From NCBI GenBank assembly GCA_902616715.1, contig CACMTR010000004.1:28-64027 (forward strand): 64,000 nt of DNA. The letters run 5' to 3'. Of this stretch, positions 37,636 through 47,000 are shown in pieces. The notes below the pieces were generated by a model, which did no database searches, was not told where the DNA came from, and saw only the letters and a list, made by a program, of their open reading frames with translations. This stretch comes from an uncultured SAR86 cluster bacterium. GTDB taxonomy: Bacteria; Pseudomonadota; Gammaproteobacteria; Magnimaribacterales; AG-339-G14. The translations under genes and the position numbers were made by a program. How positions within the stretch are numbered: the stretch's first letter is position 1; every line of letters starts with the position of its first letter.

Positions 37636-40122
37636 ATGAGAAATTATAAAACTTCTGCAATTGCATTTTTTGCTTTGACTGTATTTTCAAGTGCTGGTTT
37701 TACTCAAGCTACTTTAGAAGAGTTAGTTGTTACAGCTACAAAATCTGATTCTACTGTAATGGACACTGCAGCTGCAGTAACCGCAATAAGTGGCGAAGGT
37801 TTGCAATCAGCTAGAGCCAATAATATCGAAGGACTATCTTTAGTTTCACCAGATTTAGTCGTAGCTGGGGAAGGAAAGTCTAGAATGAACTTAAGAATTA
37901 GAGGAGTTGGTTCATATGCTTTTGATATCGCTACTGACCCAGGTGTAATTATGGTGATTGATGGAATTGCTCAGCCTAGAATTTCAACTATGACACAAAA
38001 TTTTAACGACGTTGAACGTTTAGAAATTCTAAAAGGACCGCAAGGAGCGCTTTATGGAACTAATGCTCTTGGTGGAATAGTTAATGTTGTTTCAAAAAAA
38101 GCAACGCAAGAGCAAATGGCAAGATTAAGTATAGGAGCAGGAACTATTGGTTTAGTTACCTCAGATTTGATGATTCAAGGAGGAGTTACTGACTCAGTTT
38201 CAGCAAGATTTAACCTACAAAAAACCACCGACGATGGCACTATGACTGAGACAACTTATGGTAACAACAATGGGGCGGACGTACAGGTAGCAAAATTACA
38301 ATTTTACGGTGAAACCGATGCGGGAGAGTGGAATGCTTCTTTATCACACACAACTTTAATGCAAGAAGCAGTAATATCTGAACCTTACTTCTTATGTAAT
38401 TCTGCCAATCCTCTAGCTCATTATGTTTTAACTCCTGCAGTCCCTGGAAGCACAGATTTCTGTACATCTCTTCCTGCTGCAAATGTTGATGGAGTTCAAG
38501 GTGCCAAAAATACCGCTAATGCAATTTATGCTGATTCAATTGCGGATCCTCGAGCTCAAGAGTTGACCACTGATGGTTTTAATTTTACTGAAACAATCAA
38601 TTTTGGATTGAATTATCAAGTGGATTATGACGATTATTCTCTTACTGCGCTTTTTGGATACCAAAAGGCTAATTCTGGAGAATCAAGAGACTTTGATTCG
38701 TTTGTTTCAGACGTAATGATTCAAAGTCATGGAGCTGATACTGAAACTATGACTTTTGAATTAAGAGTAGATTCTGAAACAGATTCTGGAATTACTTGGT
38801 CTGCGGGTCTATATGCGATGCAAGATGAAGGAACAAGAAGCGATAACTTCTCAACAGGCCCAGCTGGCTTGCCTCATGCTTTTGTTTTAGGTTCAGCAGT
38901 AGCAATGGTAAATAACGCTAACGGAACAACATTGAATCCATTAGTAAATCCAGGCGATACGCCGGCAGTTATTGCAGCAGTAAATGCTTGTGCTCAATCC
39001 GGGACTTGTGCAGCCTATGCTACTCCTACTACTCCAAGAGGAAATAACTTTAATGGCACTACTGATCTTGCTAACTTTAATAATGTTCTTGCAGGTGGGA
39101 GATTTGACAACATTGCTACAGTCAGTATTGACACTGAGGTAACGGCAATTTTTGGAAGCGTTAAATTTCCTTTAGCTGATGATTTATCTTTGCTTTTAGC
39201 CGGAAGATATACCGACCATAGTAAGCCATACACTTATACAGGAGCAACTAATGGAATCGGTGTGATACTAATGCCAGTTCCGTTCGATACAGGCGAAATC
39301 TCTATTGAAGCAGAAGAATTTACTCCTAAGGCTACTTTAGAATATGTATTTGATGATAGCCTGGCTTGGTTCACTTATTCCAATGGTTACAAAATTGGCT
39401 CACCAAGTTTTGCGCAATGGTCTGCAGCAGTTGCTAGTGTTCCTTCAGGAGATGAAGAAATAACTATGATGGAAGCAGGTTATAAAACTACCTTTGGTAA
39501 TGGCAGCCAGCTTGAGTTGATTTATTACGATTATGATTATGATAATAAACAAAATCTACTAGTTGCTATGGGACCTACTGGACCATATGGAAAATTAGTA
39601 TTCGGAGATGCATCAATTTCTGGACTCGATGTGGCGTTTAGAACTTTACTAGGTCCAGCAACTAAATTGTCTGTCGCTTATGCTTATATTGATGGCGCAT
39701 GGGATGATTTTGTTAACGACGCAACTTATGGCGCTGGTTCAAGTCATCCTAATGGAAAACAGATGGCAGGTTTACCACTACCATTTACTGCAGATAACAA
39801 TCTTTCTTTGAGTTTGGAACATGTTCAATCAACAGAATTGGGTGATATTGCTTATACTGCTTCCTATGCTTACAAAGATAAATATATCTTGTTTGTAGAA
39901 GACTATCCTGGAGTAGTTGATGTTGATCCATACTCTCTATTGAACTTTGACATGACTCTTTCAACTAACGAAGGTTATGATCTTTCGCTGTTCTGCAAGA
40001 ATTGTTTAGATGAGCAGTACTACAATGTAGCTCTTATGTTACCAAGAGCTTCTGGAGGAGGAGCAAGAAACCAACTTGCACAAGGAAGACAGATCGGAGT
40101 TCAGTGGACTTCTGAATTCTAA
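37636..40122 (+). CDS. TonB-dependent receptor
   Basis: Signal peptide, plug start EELVVTATK, LEILKGPQGALYGTNALGG, C-terminal ...VQWTSEF. Strong SD (AGGGGG). Confidence 0.9.
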   Translation: MRNYKTSAIAFFALTVFSSAGFTQATLEELVVTATKSDSTVMDTAAAVTAISGEGLQSARANNIEGLSLVSPDLVVAGEGKSRMNLRIRGVGSYAFDIATDPGVIMVIDGIAQPRISTMTQNFNDVERLEILKGPQGALYGTNALGGIVNVVSKKATQEQMARLSIGAGTIGLVTSDLMIQGGVTDSVSARFNLQKTTDDGTMTETTYGNNNGADVQVAKLQFYGETDAGEWNASLSHTTLMQEAVISEPYFLCNSANPLAHYVLTPAVPGSTDFCTSLPAANVDGVQGAKNTANAIYADSIADPRAQELTTDGFNFTETINFGLNYQVDYDDYSLTALFGYQKANSGESRDFDSFVSDVMIQSHGADTETMTFELRVDSETDSGITWSAGLYAMQDEGTRSDNFSTGPAGLPHAFVLGSAVAMVNNANGTTLNPLVNPGDTPAVIAAVNACAQSGTCAAYATPTTPRGNNFNGTTDLANFNNVLAGGRFDNIATVSIDTEVTAIFGSVKFPLADDLSLLLAGRYTDHSKPYTYTGATNGIGVILMPVPFDTGEISIEAEEFTPKATLEYVFDDSLAWFTYSNGYKIGSPSFAQWSAAVASVPSGDEEITMMEAGYKTTFGNGSQLELIYYDYDYDNKQNLLVAMGPTGPYGKLVFGDASISGLDVAFRTLLGPATKLSVAYAYIDGAWDDFVNDATYGAGSSHPNGKQMAGLPLPFTADNNLSLSLEHVQSTELGDIAYTASYAYKDKYILFVEDYPGVVDVDPYSLLNFDMTLSTNEGYDLSLFCKNCLDEQYYNVALMLPRASGGGARNQLAQGRQIGVQWTSEF

Positions 40123-40151
40123 GTTAGAACTTATCATTTAAGTTTATTCAT

Positions 40152-40184
40152 AAAAAAGCGCCTGATTAGTTAGGCGCTTTTTTT
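40152..40184. terminator. bidirectional rho-independent terminator between convergent genes
   Basis: A-run, stem AGCGCCT (40157-40163), 8-nt loop, AGGCGCT (40172-40178), then a T-run. It reaches the stop codon of the minus-strand regulator. Confidence 0.75.
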
Positions 40185-40668
40185 ATTTTGGCTCTTGAAG
40201 CTCAGCTATTACCTCATTAATTTGATCAATAGAAACGCCAACTTCTTTTTCGAGGATGTCTTTGACGTGAGGCCCTAGGGAATTAACCAAAACTTCAAAT
40301 AATGAAAGATGCATTGCTACCATTGAAAAAGCTTCTTCAGTTGGATGATACTCAATTACTCTTTTATCTCTGCTAGGAGTTTTTTTGAAATAACCCTGTT
40401 TAGTAGCTCTACTAATTAATCTTTCAATACTTCTTGTATTTAAATTAGTGATACCCACTAAATCACTCATAGTAAAAAACCCTTTGGTTACAAAATTGGA
40501 AACCATAATTAATCTGATCAGCTCGTATCGACTGTCATTGACATAAACCTGATTCCAATCCGAAGTTTCAGCAAATTTAGCTATTACCTCGTACTTTTTT
40601 AGCTCAAAAGTTAGCATGGCTTCCGAGAGCAGTTTTAGGCTAGCAAGGTTTTTTAATTTATTTTTCAT
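40183..40668 (-). CDS. winged-helix (MarR-like) transcriptional regulator
   Basis: 161 aa. Central segment MSDLVGITNLNTRSIERLISRATKQGYFKK looks like a wHTH. Divergent from the sulfatase gene. Confidence 0.6.
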   Translation of the reverse strand: MKNKLKNLASLKLLSEAMLTFELKKYEVIAKFAETSDWNQVYVNDSRYELIRLIMVSNFVTKGFFTMSDLVGITNLNTRSIERLISRATKQGYFKKTPSRDKRVIEYHPTEEAFSMVAMHLSLFEVLVNSLGPHVKDILEKEVGVSIDQINEVIAELQEPK

Positions 40669-40755
40669 AAAAATCGAAAAAATTAAATGTTATATCTAAC
40701 TTTGGTAGAATAGCACTTCTTGGAGAGGATTTCTTAAGCCAATTACTGCAGATAA

Positions 40756-42315
40756 ATGAAAATTTTTTTTCTTTTAATAATCGCTCTTGTTTCAAGTTGG
40801 TTAAAAGCTAACGAGAAGCCCAATATAATAATTATTTTAACTGATGATCTTGGCTGGGGAGACGTCTCTTATCATGGAGGCTATATTCCAACCCCAAACA
40901 TCGATCAATTGGCCCAAGATGGAATGGAAATGAATAGGTTTTATGCCAATCCAGTCTGCAGTCCTACTAGGGCATCATTATTGACTGGGCTTCACATTTT
41001 TAACCATGGGGTTGTGCGACCTTTTATGAATCCCGCAGCTGAACAAACAGGTATGCCACCAGAATTAAAAATTATGCCGCAGTACCTTAAAGAGGCGGGT
41101 TATCAAACTGCCTTGTCCGGAAAGTGGCATCTTGGCATGGCTAATGAGAAATTTTTACCAACCAATAGAGGTTTTGAAACAAGTTATGGACATTTGACAG
41201 GTGGGATAGGCTATTTTGATCATACGGCAGCTGGTCGATTAGATTGGCATAGAAATGAAAAATCATTAGTCGAGGAAGGGTATTCAACTGAGTTAATTGC
41301 CAATGAAGCTATCAATATCATTGAAAATAAAGATATTAATAGACCTTTATTTTTATATATTGCTTTCAATGCACCGCATACGCCGATACAAGCTCCCAAT
41401 AAAAATATTGAATCTTTTTCCTATTTAGAAGATAAAAAAGATAGGGTTTACGCTGCAAATGTAAATGCCTTAGATCATGAAATAGGCAGGATAATTAAAG
41501 CTATAAAAAATAAAGGGATACTTGAAGAAACAATTATTATTTTCTTTAGCGATAATGGTCCGGTTTTCGATGTAGATCCAATAGTCAAAGTCATTGCTCC
41601 TAATTTAGTGAATGCCAGAGGAAGTACGGCTGGATTGAGAGGTAGTAAAGTTTCAGCTCTCGAAGGAGGAATAAGAGTTCCTGCAATAATTTGGTGGAAG
41701 GGAAAAATAGAAAACTCAAAATCTGAACAATTCTTTTTTGTACAAGATTTATTACCAACTCTTTTAACCGCGGTAGATATAGAAGTAGATAATGCTAAAT
41801 TTGACGGTAGAGATAAATGGAAGAATTTAATAACGAACGAAATTACCCCGCCAATTAATGCTCTTGTCGGGGCAAGAGTTATTTCAGATGAAAGAGCTTT
41901 GTTTGATGGACAATGGAAGCTTTATTCAGCAAAACCTCAATTAATTCCAGTGTCACCATCATATAGTTTATTCAACATTATTGAAGATCCCTTTGAAACT
42001 AATGATTTATCTGAAAACGAACCCGAGATCTTTGAAAGCATGAAAAAAATTCTTACTTCATTACCAGAAAAAGATGTTGTGGGTGATATGAACCCAGCTC
42101 ATTCTTATCTCCACGGCGATGATAGGCAGGGAGGCACTGAATTAGGCTCTCCTTGGTTAGAAGGCGATTACGAATTAAATCCTCCGCCTTCTATATTTTT
42201 ATCAATTCTAATTACGATTTGGATTTTAATCTTAGCTTTTAAAGAGTATTTATTGGCTCTTCTAGTAATTATTTTGACACCAGTCATATTTTTTAAATTC
42301 ATAAGAAAATCATGA
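40756..42315 (+). CDS. sulfatase (arylsulfatase family) with C-terminal membrane anchor
   Basis: NIIIILTDDLGWGD, formylglycine motif CSPTRASLLTG, GKWHLG, PHTP. Signal peptide, and two hydrophobic segments in the last ~45 aa. Confidence 0.9.
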   Translation: MKIFFLLIIALVSSWLKANEKPNIIIILTDDLGWGDVSYHGGYIPTPNIDQLAQDGMEMNRFYANPVCSPTRASLLTGLHIFNHGVVRPFMNPAAEQTGMPPELKIMPQYLKEAGYQTALSGKWHLGMANEKFLPTNRGFETSYGHLTGGIGYFDHTAAGRLDWHRNEKSLVEEGYSTELIANEAINIIENKDINRPLFLYIAFNAPHTPIQAPNKNIESFSYLEDKKDRVYAANVNALDHEIGRIIKAIKNKGILEETIIIFFSDNGPVFDVDPIVKVIAPNLVNARGSTAGLRGSKVSALEGGIRVPAIIWWKGKIENSKSEQFFFVQDLLPTLLTAVDIEVDNAKFDGRDKWKNLITNEITPPINALVGARVISDERALFDGQWKLYSAKPQLIPVSPSYSLFNIIEDPFETNDLSENEPEIFESMKKILTSLPEKDVVGDMNPAHSYLHGDDRQGGTELGSPWLEGDYELNPPPSIFLSILITIWILILAFKEYLLALLVIILTPVIFFKFIRKS

Positions 42316-42953
42316 AATTACCTTTATGGCTGAGATGGACTATTTTTGGAGTTATAGTTTTTACTTCTCTTATCTTACCCTTAATACTTTTTGAGAGTCC
42401 GCTTTCAAAATATGGAGAAATTGCATTGAATTGGGCAGGGGATAACGAGTTATTAGTGTCTTTAGTCGTGATTGTTGCCCTTACAGCTGATGTAATTTTG
42501 CCGGTACCTAATGGGCTGACTAATACCTTAGCTGGAGTTTCTCTGGGCTGGGCGATAGCGTCTTTAGTAGTTTGGGTGGGGCTTAATTTAGGAGCTTGTG
42601 TGGGTTATTTCCTAGGTCGTTTTGCTGCGAGGCCATTGGCTCAAAAAATGATTAGTGAAAGTGACTTTAGTGAGGCTGAAAAATCCCTTCAAAATTTCAG
42701 TACCATAGGATTGATTCTTTCTAGACCAGTTCCAGCTTTTGCAGAATTGATAACAATAAGCGCAGGTCTAGCAAGAATGTCTTTTATTAAATTTATCCTA
42801 GTAGTTGGAATTGTAAATGTTGGAGTTGCAGTTGTATTTTCAGGTATTGGCGCTGCAGCTATGGAAGCTAATTCTTCAACTCTAGCATTTATCGGAGTTG
42901 CTGTATTACCAGCCTTATTCTATTGGGCTTATATCAAGTTTTATAAAAAATAA
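42312..42953 (+). CDS. DedA / VTT-domain (TVP38/TMEM64-like) membrane protein
   Basis: 213 aa polytopic protein with a re-entrant-loop-like LPVPNG segment. ATGA overlap with the sulfatase stop. Confidence 0.7.
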   Translation: MKLPLWLRWTIFGVIVFTSLILPLILFESPLSKYGEIALNWAGDNELLVSLVVIVALTADVILPVPNGLTNTLAGVSLGWAIASLVVWVGLNLGACVGYFLGRFAARPLAQKMISESDFSEAEKSLQNFSTIGLILSRPVPAFAELITISAGLARMSFIKFILVVGIVNVGVAVVFSGIGAAAMEANSSTLAFIGVAVLPALFYWAYIKFYKK

Positions 42954-42960
42954 CTTTAAC

Positions 42961-45447
42961 TTAAAAAGACTGTTGGTAAGTTAATTTCCATTCTTCACCA
43001 GGTGCATAGTAAGTAGTTTGGATACTTGCTAGAACGGGATCTCCAAATTGAGCATAACCATAAAGTTCGTCAGTTATATTTTTTCCAACTAAGGTTAAAG
43101 TCTGTGAATCGGAAATCTGCAAACTTGAAGTAAAGTCTAAAGTGGAATAATTATGAAGCTGTGAATAATCATATAATTCCGTAGTCGTAAAATCGTCTCC
43201 AACGTGAGTCCAACTCAATGAAGAAGAAATTGTTTTAGAATTTAAAGAAAAAACATTTAGTAATGTAATGTTGGTTCTTGACTCAGGACCTTCAGCATCG
43301 TAAGCAAATCCGGTTAAATCGTTTCCATTATCGTCTACAAACTCTATATATTTACCCCCGTAAGCCCCTCTTGAAGCAAGAACTGAAAAGTAGTCATTGA
43401 TAAAAGCTTTAATTTCAATTTCGTACCCATCAACTTCTGCTTTTTGGATAGGCACGGTAGCAATTGATGCAGCGCCACTATTCGGATCTATCCTAGCGAC
43501 ACTTCTTTGATTGTTGATGTAGTCAAACAAAAAGATATTTGCATTGACTTGTAATTTGCCATCCAAATAAGTTCCTTTCGTTCCAATTTCATAGTTGTCT
43601 GCGGTCTCAGCAGGGAAAGCAGAGACTCTGTCATCGTTGTTAAACCCACCAGAGGCAAATCCTTTTGCATAGGAAGCATAAAGAAGAGAGCCGTTAGGCA
43701 AAGTATAATCTAACGCAAATCTAAACGAGTCATTTTCAAATTCTTCAGTACCTATACAGTAAGCATCTTTTTGAAAGGTTCCAAATGGACCAAAGCTAAT
43801 CGACGTTCCTGCGTTAAAGGTTTGAGCGCAAGTTCCTGCAGCGGGAGATCTTAAACCTCCAAAACCGTTACTTAAACCAGGAATAATTGCATCAGAATAA
43901 GTTTTAACCATTTTATCTTCACTTGTAAATCTGTAACCAAAGGTAACGTTTGTTTCAGTATTAATCGCATAAGTTCCTTCAAAAAAGAATGCATCAGACT
44001 TATTTTCTGCAAAAGTAGTTTGTTGGGAGCTAAGAGCCTGCAAGCTTTGAACAGTAGAACATAATTGAGCTACAGTAAGACTTGTTCCTGGGTTGTCACA
44101 ATCGTTTCCAATTGCAGCAAAAGTAGCCGCGTGAGTTTGATTAGCTCTTGCATTTACCGTAGCTTGAGTCTCGAGTGTAGTTACTCCGTCAAAATACATT
44201 GTATTTAGTTGGTTAATTCCCGATTCATCAAAAGTATAAGCACCAACAACAAAATCAAGTCTTCCGTTTAGTGCTTCACCAGACCACCTTAGTTCTATTT
44301 GGTTAGAGGTTGCATCGTTAACAATGTCTCTAGGATCTAAATAAGACGCCGAAGTTCCTGCCAGAGGACCAACAAATCTATTTCCATTTACACTAATACC
44401 AAGGCTACCATTAAGGGATTCTAAGTCAGAATGATTAAAAATTAATTTTAATTCTCCAAAATTTGATTTGTAAGTAGTGTCTATAGTAGTTCTTTTTAAA
44501 TCATCGTCTACACGAGGACTTGTTATTGATGTTCCACTTACACCGGGAACACTAGCATTACAATTTCCTATTATGGCTAGAGCAAGTCCAGGGTCAGCAA
44601 CAAAAGCTGCTCCCATAAAAGCTGAACTAATTATACCTGTCTGCCCTGTGCCGTTTAAAGGATGGGATATCACCTCGCACGCACCAAGAACTCTACTTCC
44701 ATCTCTGTTGTAATTTACGTGCGAGAATAAAATATCTATATCATTTGAGAGTTTATAAATACCTGAAAGCCTAATAGTTTCGGCATCAATTGCTCCTGAG
44801 AATTCGTTACGGGTAGTGTTATATATATAACCGTCTTGTTTTTCTTGACTGTAAGAGAATCTAAGGGCGGTGATATCTGAAATTGGAAGATTAGCCATTA
44901 AAGCTAATTCGTTCCTAGAATCTGTTCCTGCACCAACCCTTACTTTATAGTTTTGGGAATCAAAATTGGGCTTATTATAAAAAAAGGAAACCGCCCCAAC
45001 GGTTGAGTTCTTTCCAAACAAGGTACCTTGCGGACCCTTTAAAACTTCAACTCTTTCTAAATCCCAAAGATCTAGAAAGTTGCCTTGTGTTCTGGGAATA
45101 TAAGCCCCGTCAATATAAGTTGCAGCTTGTGACTCAGACGTAACAGAGATTCCACTACCACCAACGCCCCTTATAGTTACAGCAGCAGTTCCAAAAGCTC
45201 CATTTTTGACAACCTGCAAATTTGGAGAAATACGATCAAGATCCTCGTAAGTAAAGATTCCAATTTCCTCAATAGTTTCACCTGAAAATGCTGATATAGA
45301 GATTGGTACGGATTGAGAGTTTTCCTCTCTTTTTCTTGATGTCACAATAAGCTCTTCAGCGATGCTACTGAAAGAATTTGCTTCTGTTTGAGTGTATCCA
45401 GCTACAGGATACAAAATCGTAAATAGTAAAATTAATCTTAAATTCAT
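42961..45447 (-). CDS. TonB-dependent receptor
   Basis: EELIVTSRKREE plug start, VEVLKGPQGTLFGKNSTVGA, terminal ...TYQQSF. The ATG at 45447 (MNLRLILL) has a GGAG SD and is preferred over 45459. Confidence 0.9.
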   Translation of the reverse strand: MNLRLILLFTILYPVAGYTQTEANSFSSIAEELIVTSRKREENSQSVPISISAFSGETIEEIGIFTYEDLDRISPNLQVVKNGAFGTAAVTIRGVGGSGISVTSESQAATYIDGAYIPRTQGNFLDLWDLERVEVLKGPQGTLFGKNSTVGAVSFFYNKPNFDSQNYKVRVGAGTDSRNELALMANLPISDITALRFSYSQEKQDGYIYNTTRNEFSGAIDAETIRLSGIYKLSNDIDILFSHVNYNRDGSRVLGACEVISHPLNGTGQTGIISSAFMGAAFVADPGLALAIIGNCNASVPGVSGTSITSPRVDDDLKRTTIDTTYKSNFGELKLIFNHSDLESLNGSLGISVNGNRFVGPLAGTSASYLDPRDIVNDATSNQIELRWSGEALNGRLDFVVGAYTFDESGINQLNTMYFDGVTTLETQATVNARANQTHAATFAAIGNDCDNPGTSLTVAQLCSTVQSLQALSSQQTTFAENKSDAFFFEGTYAINTETNVTFGYRFTSEDKMVKTYSDAIIPGLSNGFGGLRSPAAGTCAQTFNAGTSISFGPFGTFQKDAYCIGTEEFENDSFRFALDYTLPNGSLLYASYAKGFASGGFNNDDRVSAFPAETADNYEIGTKGTYLDGKLQVNANIFLFDYINNQRSVARIDPNSGAASIATVPIQKAEVDGYEIEIKAFINDYFSVLASRGAYGGKYIEFVDDNGNDLTGFAYDAEGPESRTNITLLNVFSLNSKTISSSLSWTHVGDDFTTTELYDYSQLHNYSTLDFTSSLQISDSQTLTLVGKNITDELYGYAQFGDPVLASIQTTYYAPGEEWKLTYQQSF

Positions 45448-45665
45448 TTCTCCCCCCAAGACAGAATCAATAATAATGCAATTTCTTTTGTTAGCAACAA
45501 TTAAATAAGTTTAAAAAGCTTTTTGATAACCAAGGATAATTTTTTCTTTACTATGCATTTGTAATCCAGTTTTATTTTGATTTAGGCAAAAAAGAAAAGA
45601 AATGGGATAAGAAATTTCACGGGCGAGTGCATAATACAACAAATATATTTAAAATATTCAAAATT

Positions 45666-46400
45666 ATGATTGACCTTTATTATGCTCCCACACCAAATGG
45701 TTGGAAAATTTCCATCATGCTTGAAGAATGTGGGCTTGATTACAACGTTATTTTGGTAAATCTGGGCAAAGGTGATCAATTCACTCCAGAGTTTTTAGAG
45801 ATTAGCCCAAATAACCGAATGCCCGTCATTGTTGATCACGACAGAGTAATTGATAAAAAGCCCATTAGTATTTTTGAGTCAGGAGCAATTCTGATGTACC
45901 TTGCAGAAAAGACTGGAAAGTTTTTTCCTCAAACTTCTCCAGAGAAAGAAAGAGTGATGGAATGGTTGTTTTGGCAAGTAGGCGGTCTAGGCCCCATGGC
46001 TGGCCAAGTTAGTCATTTCGTTAATTACGCGCCAAATTTTCCTGGTGATCATTCATATTCTGAAAAAAGATATAAAGATGAATATGATCGTTTACTAGGA
46101 GTAATGGACAGAGTGTTAGATGAAAGAAATTATCTTGCTGGAGATTACTCTATCGCTGATATGGCATCTTTTCCTTGGGTTACAGCATATAAAAGATATG
46201 AAGTAGATCTCGATTTGTTTTCAAATGTTCGAAGATGGTTTGATGATATTAAATCCAGACCCGCAGTAAGAAAAGGTATCGAAGTTGGTAAAGAAGTTAG
46301 AAATTTTGGCAAAGGTATTTCAAAAGAAAGTTTGAAAACAATGTTTGGACAAGACGCTAAAAGCATTTCAAAGATGGCTAAAGCTAAAGAGAAAAAATAG
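45666..46400 (+). CDS. glutathione S-transferase (Nu-class, YfcG/YghU-like)
   Basis: MIDLYYAPTPNGWKISIMLEE...NNRMPVIVD...ESGAILMYLAE. The start at 45666 is preferred over the track ATG at 45627. Confidence 0.85.
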   Translation: MIDLYYAPTPNGWKISIMLEECGLDYNVILVNLGKGDQFTPEFLEISPNNRMPVIVDHDRVIDKKPISIFESGAILMYLAEKTGKFFPQTSPEKERVMEWLFWQVGGLGPMAGQVSHFVNYAPNFPGDHSYSEKRYKDEYDRLLGVMDRVLDERNYLAGDYSIADMASFPWVTAYKRYEVDLDLFSNVRRWFDDIKSRPAVRKGIEVGKEVRNFGKGISKESLKTMFGQDAKSISKMAKAKEKK

Positions 46401-46403
46401 CTT

Positions 46404-47000
46404 TTAAAGCTTATCTGCTATTAATTGGATCCGATCATTTCCAAAATACATATCTACATCGTTTAAAAAAAAGGTAGGCGAGCCAAATCCACCTCGATCC
46501 ATTAAATTTTGTGTATTGTCGATTAGTCTTTGTTTATTATTTGGATCGTTTATAAATTCAAGGAACTCTTCTGAATTAGTTTCAAGACCTTCTACTATAG
46601 ATTTGAGACATTCATCCTCTGCTATATTTTCTCCATCTGTCCAATAAGCTTTAAATACTGCCTCTACATAGGGTTCAATTTTTTTATTTTCAATAAAATA
46701 GAAACAACCTCTCATTGCTTTGACACTATTAACAGGAAAAATTTTTGGCCAGTTGATTGTTATCCCTCTATATTCTGACCAGTCGGCAAGGTCTTTTTGT
46801 GAGTACTCTAACTTTTCTTTGACTGGATTATTTCTACTCTCGTAAACACTTGGATTTGTAGAATTGAAAATACCTCCAACCAGAATCGGCTTCCAAATTA
46901 TTTCAAATTCCTTCTGTTTAGCAAGATTAAGTATTCCTCTAAAAGATAAATAAGTCCAAGGACTGCTGCAGTCAAAAAAATATTCTAATTTTTTTTTCAT
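46404..47000 (-). CDS. 2-hydroxychromene-2-carboxylate isomerase family (DsbA-like / kappa-GST-like)
   Basis: YFDCSSPWTY N-terminal motif, GGFGSPTFF, FGNDR C-terminal motif. Confidence 0.8.
   Translation of the reverse strand: MKKKLEYFFDCSSPWTYLSFRGILNLAKQKEFEIIWKPILVGGIFNSTNPSVYESRNNPVKEKLEYSQKDLADWSEYRGITINWPKIFPVNSVKAMRGCFYFIENKKIEPYVEAVFKAYWTDGENIAEDECLKSIVEGLETNSEEFLEFINDPNNKQRLIDNTQNLMDRGGFGSPTFFLNDVDMYFGNDRIQLIADKL

Noticed and set aside
40669-40755. Operator palindrome for the MarR-like regulator and an extended -10 (TGGTAGAAT, 40703-40711) for the sulfatase.
   Set aside because: No convincing inverted repeat was found. The -10-like element alone is weak evidence in AT-rich sequence, so it is not listed as a feature.
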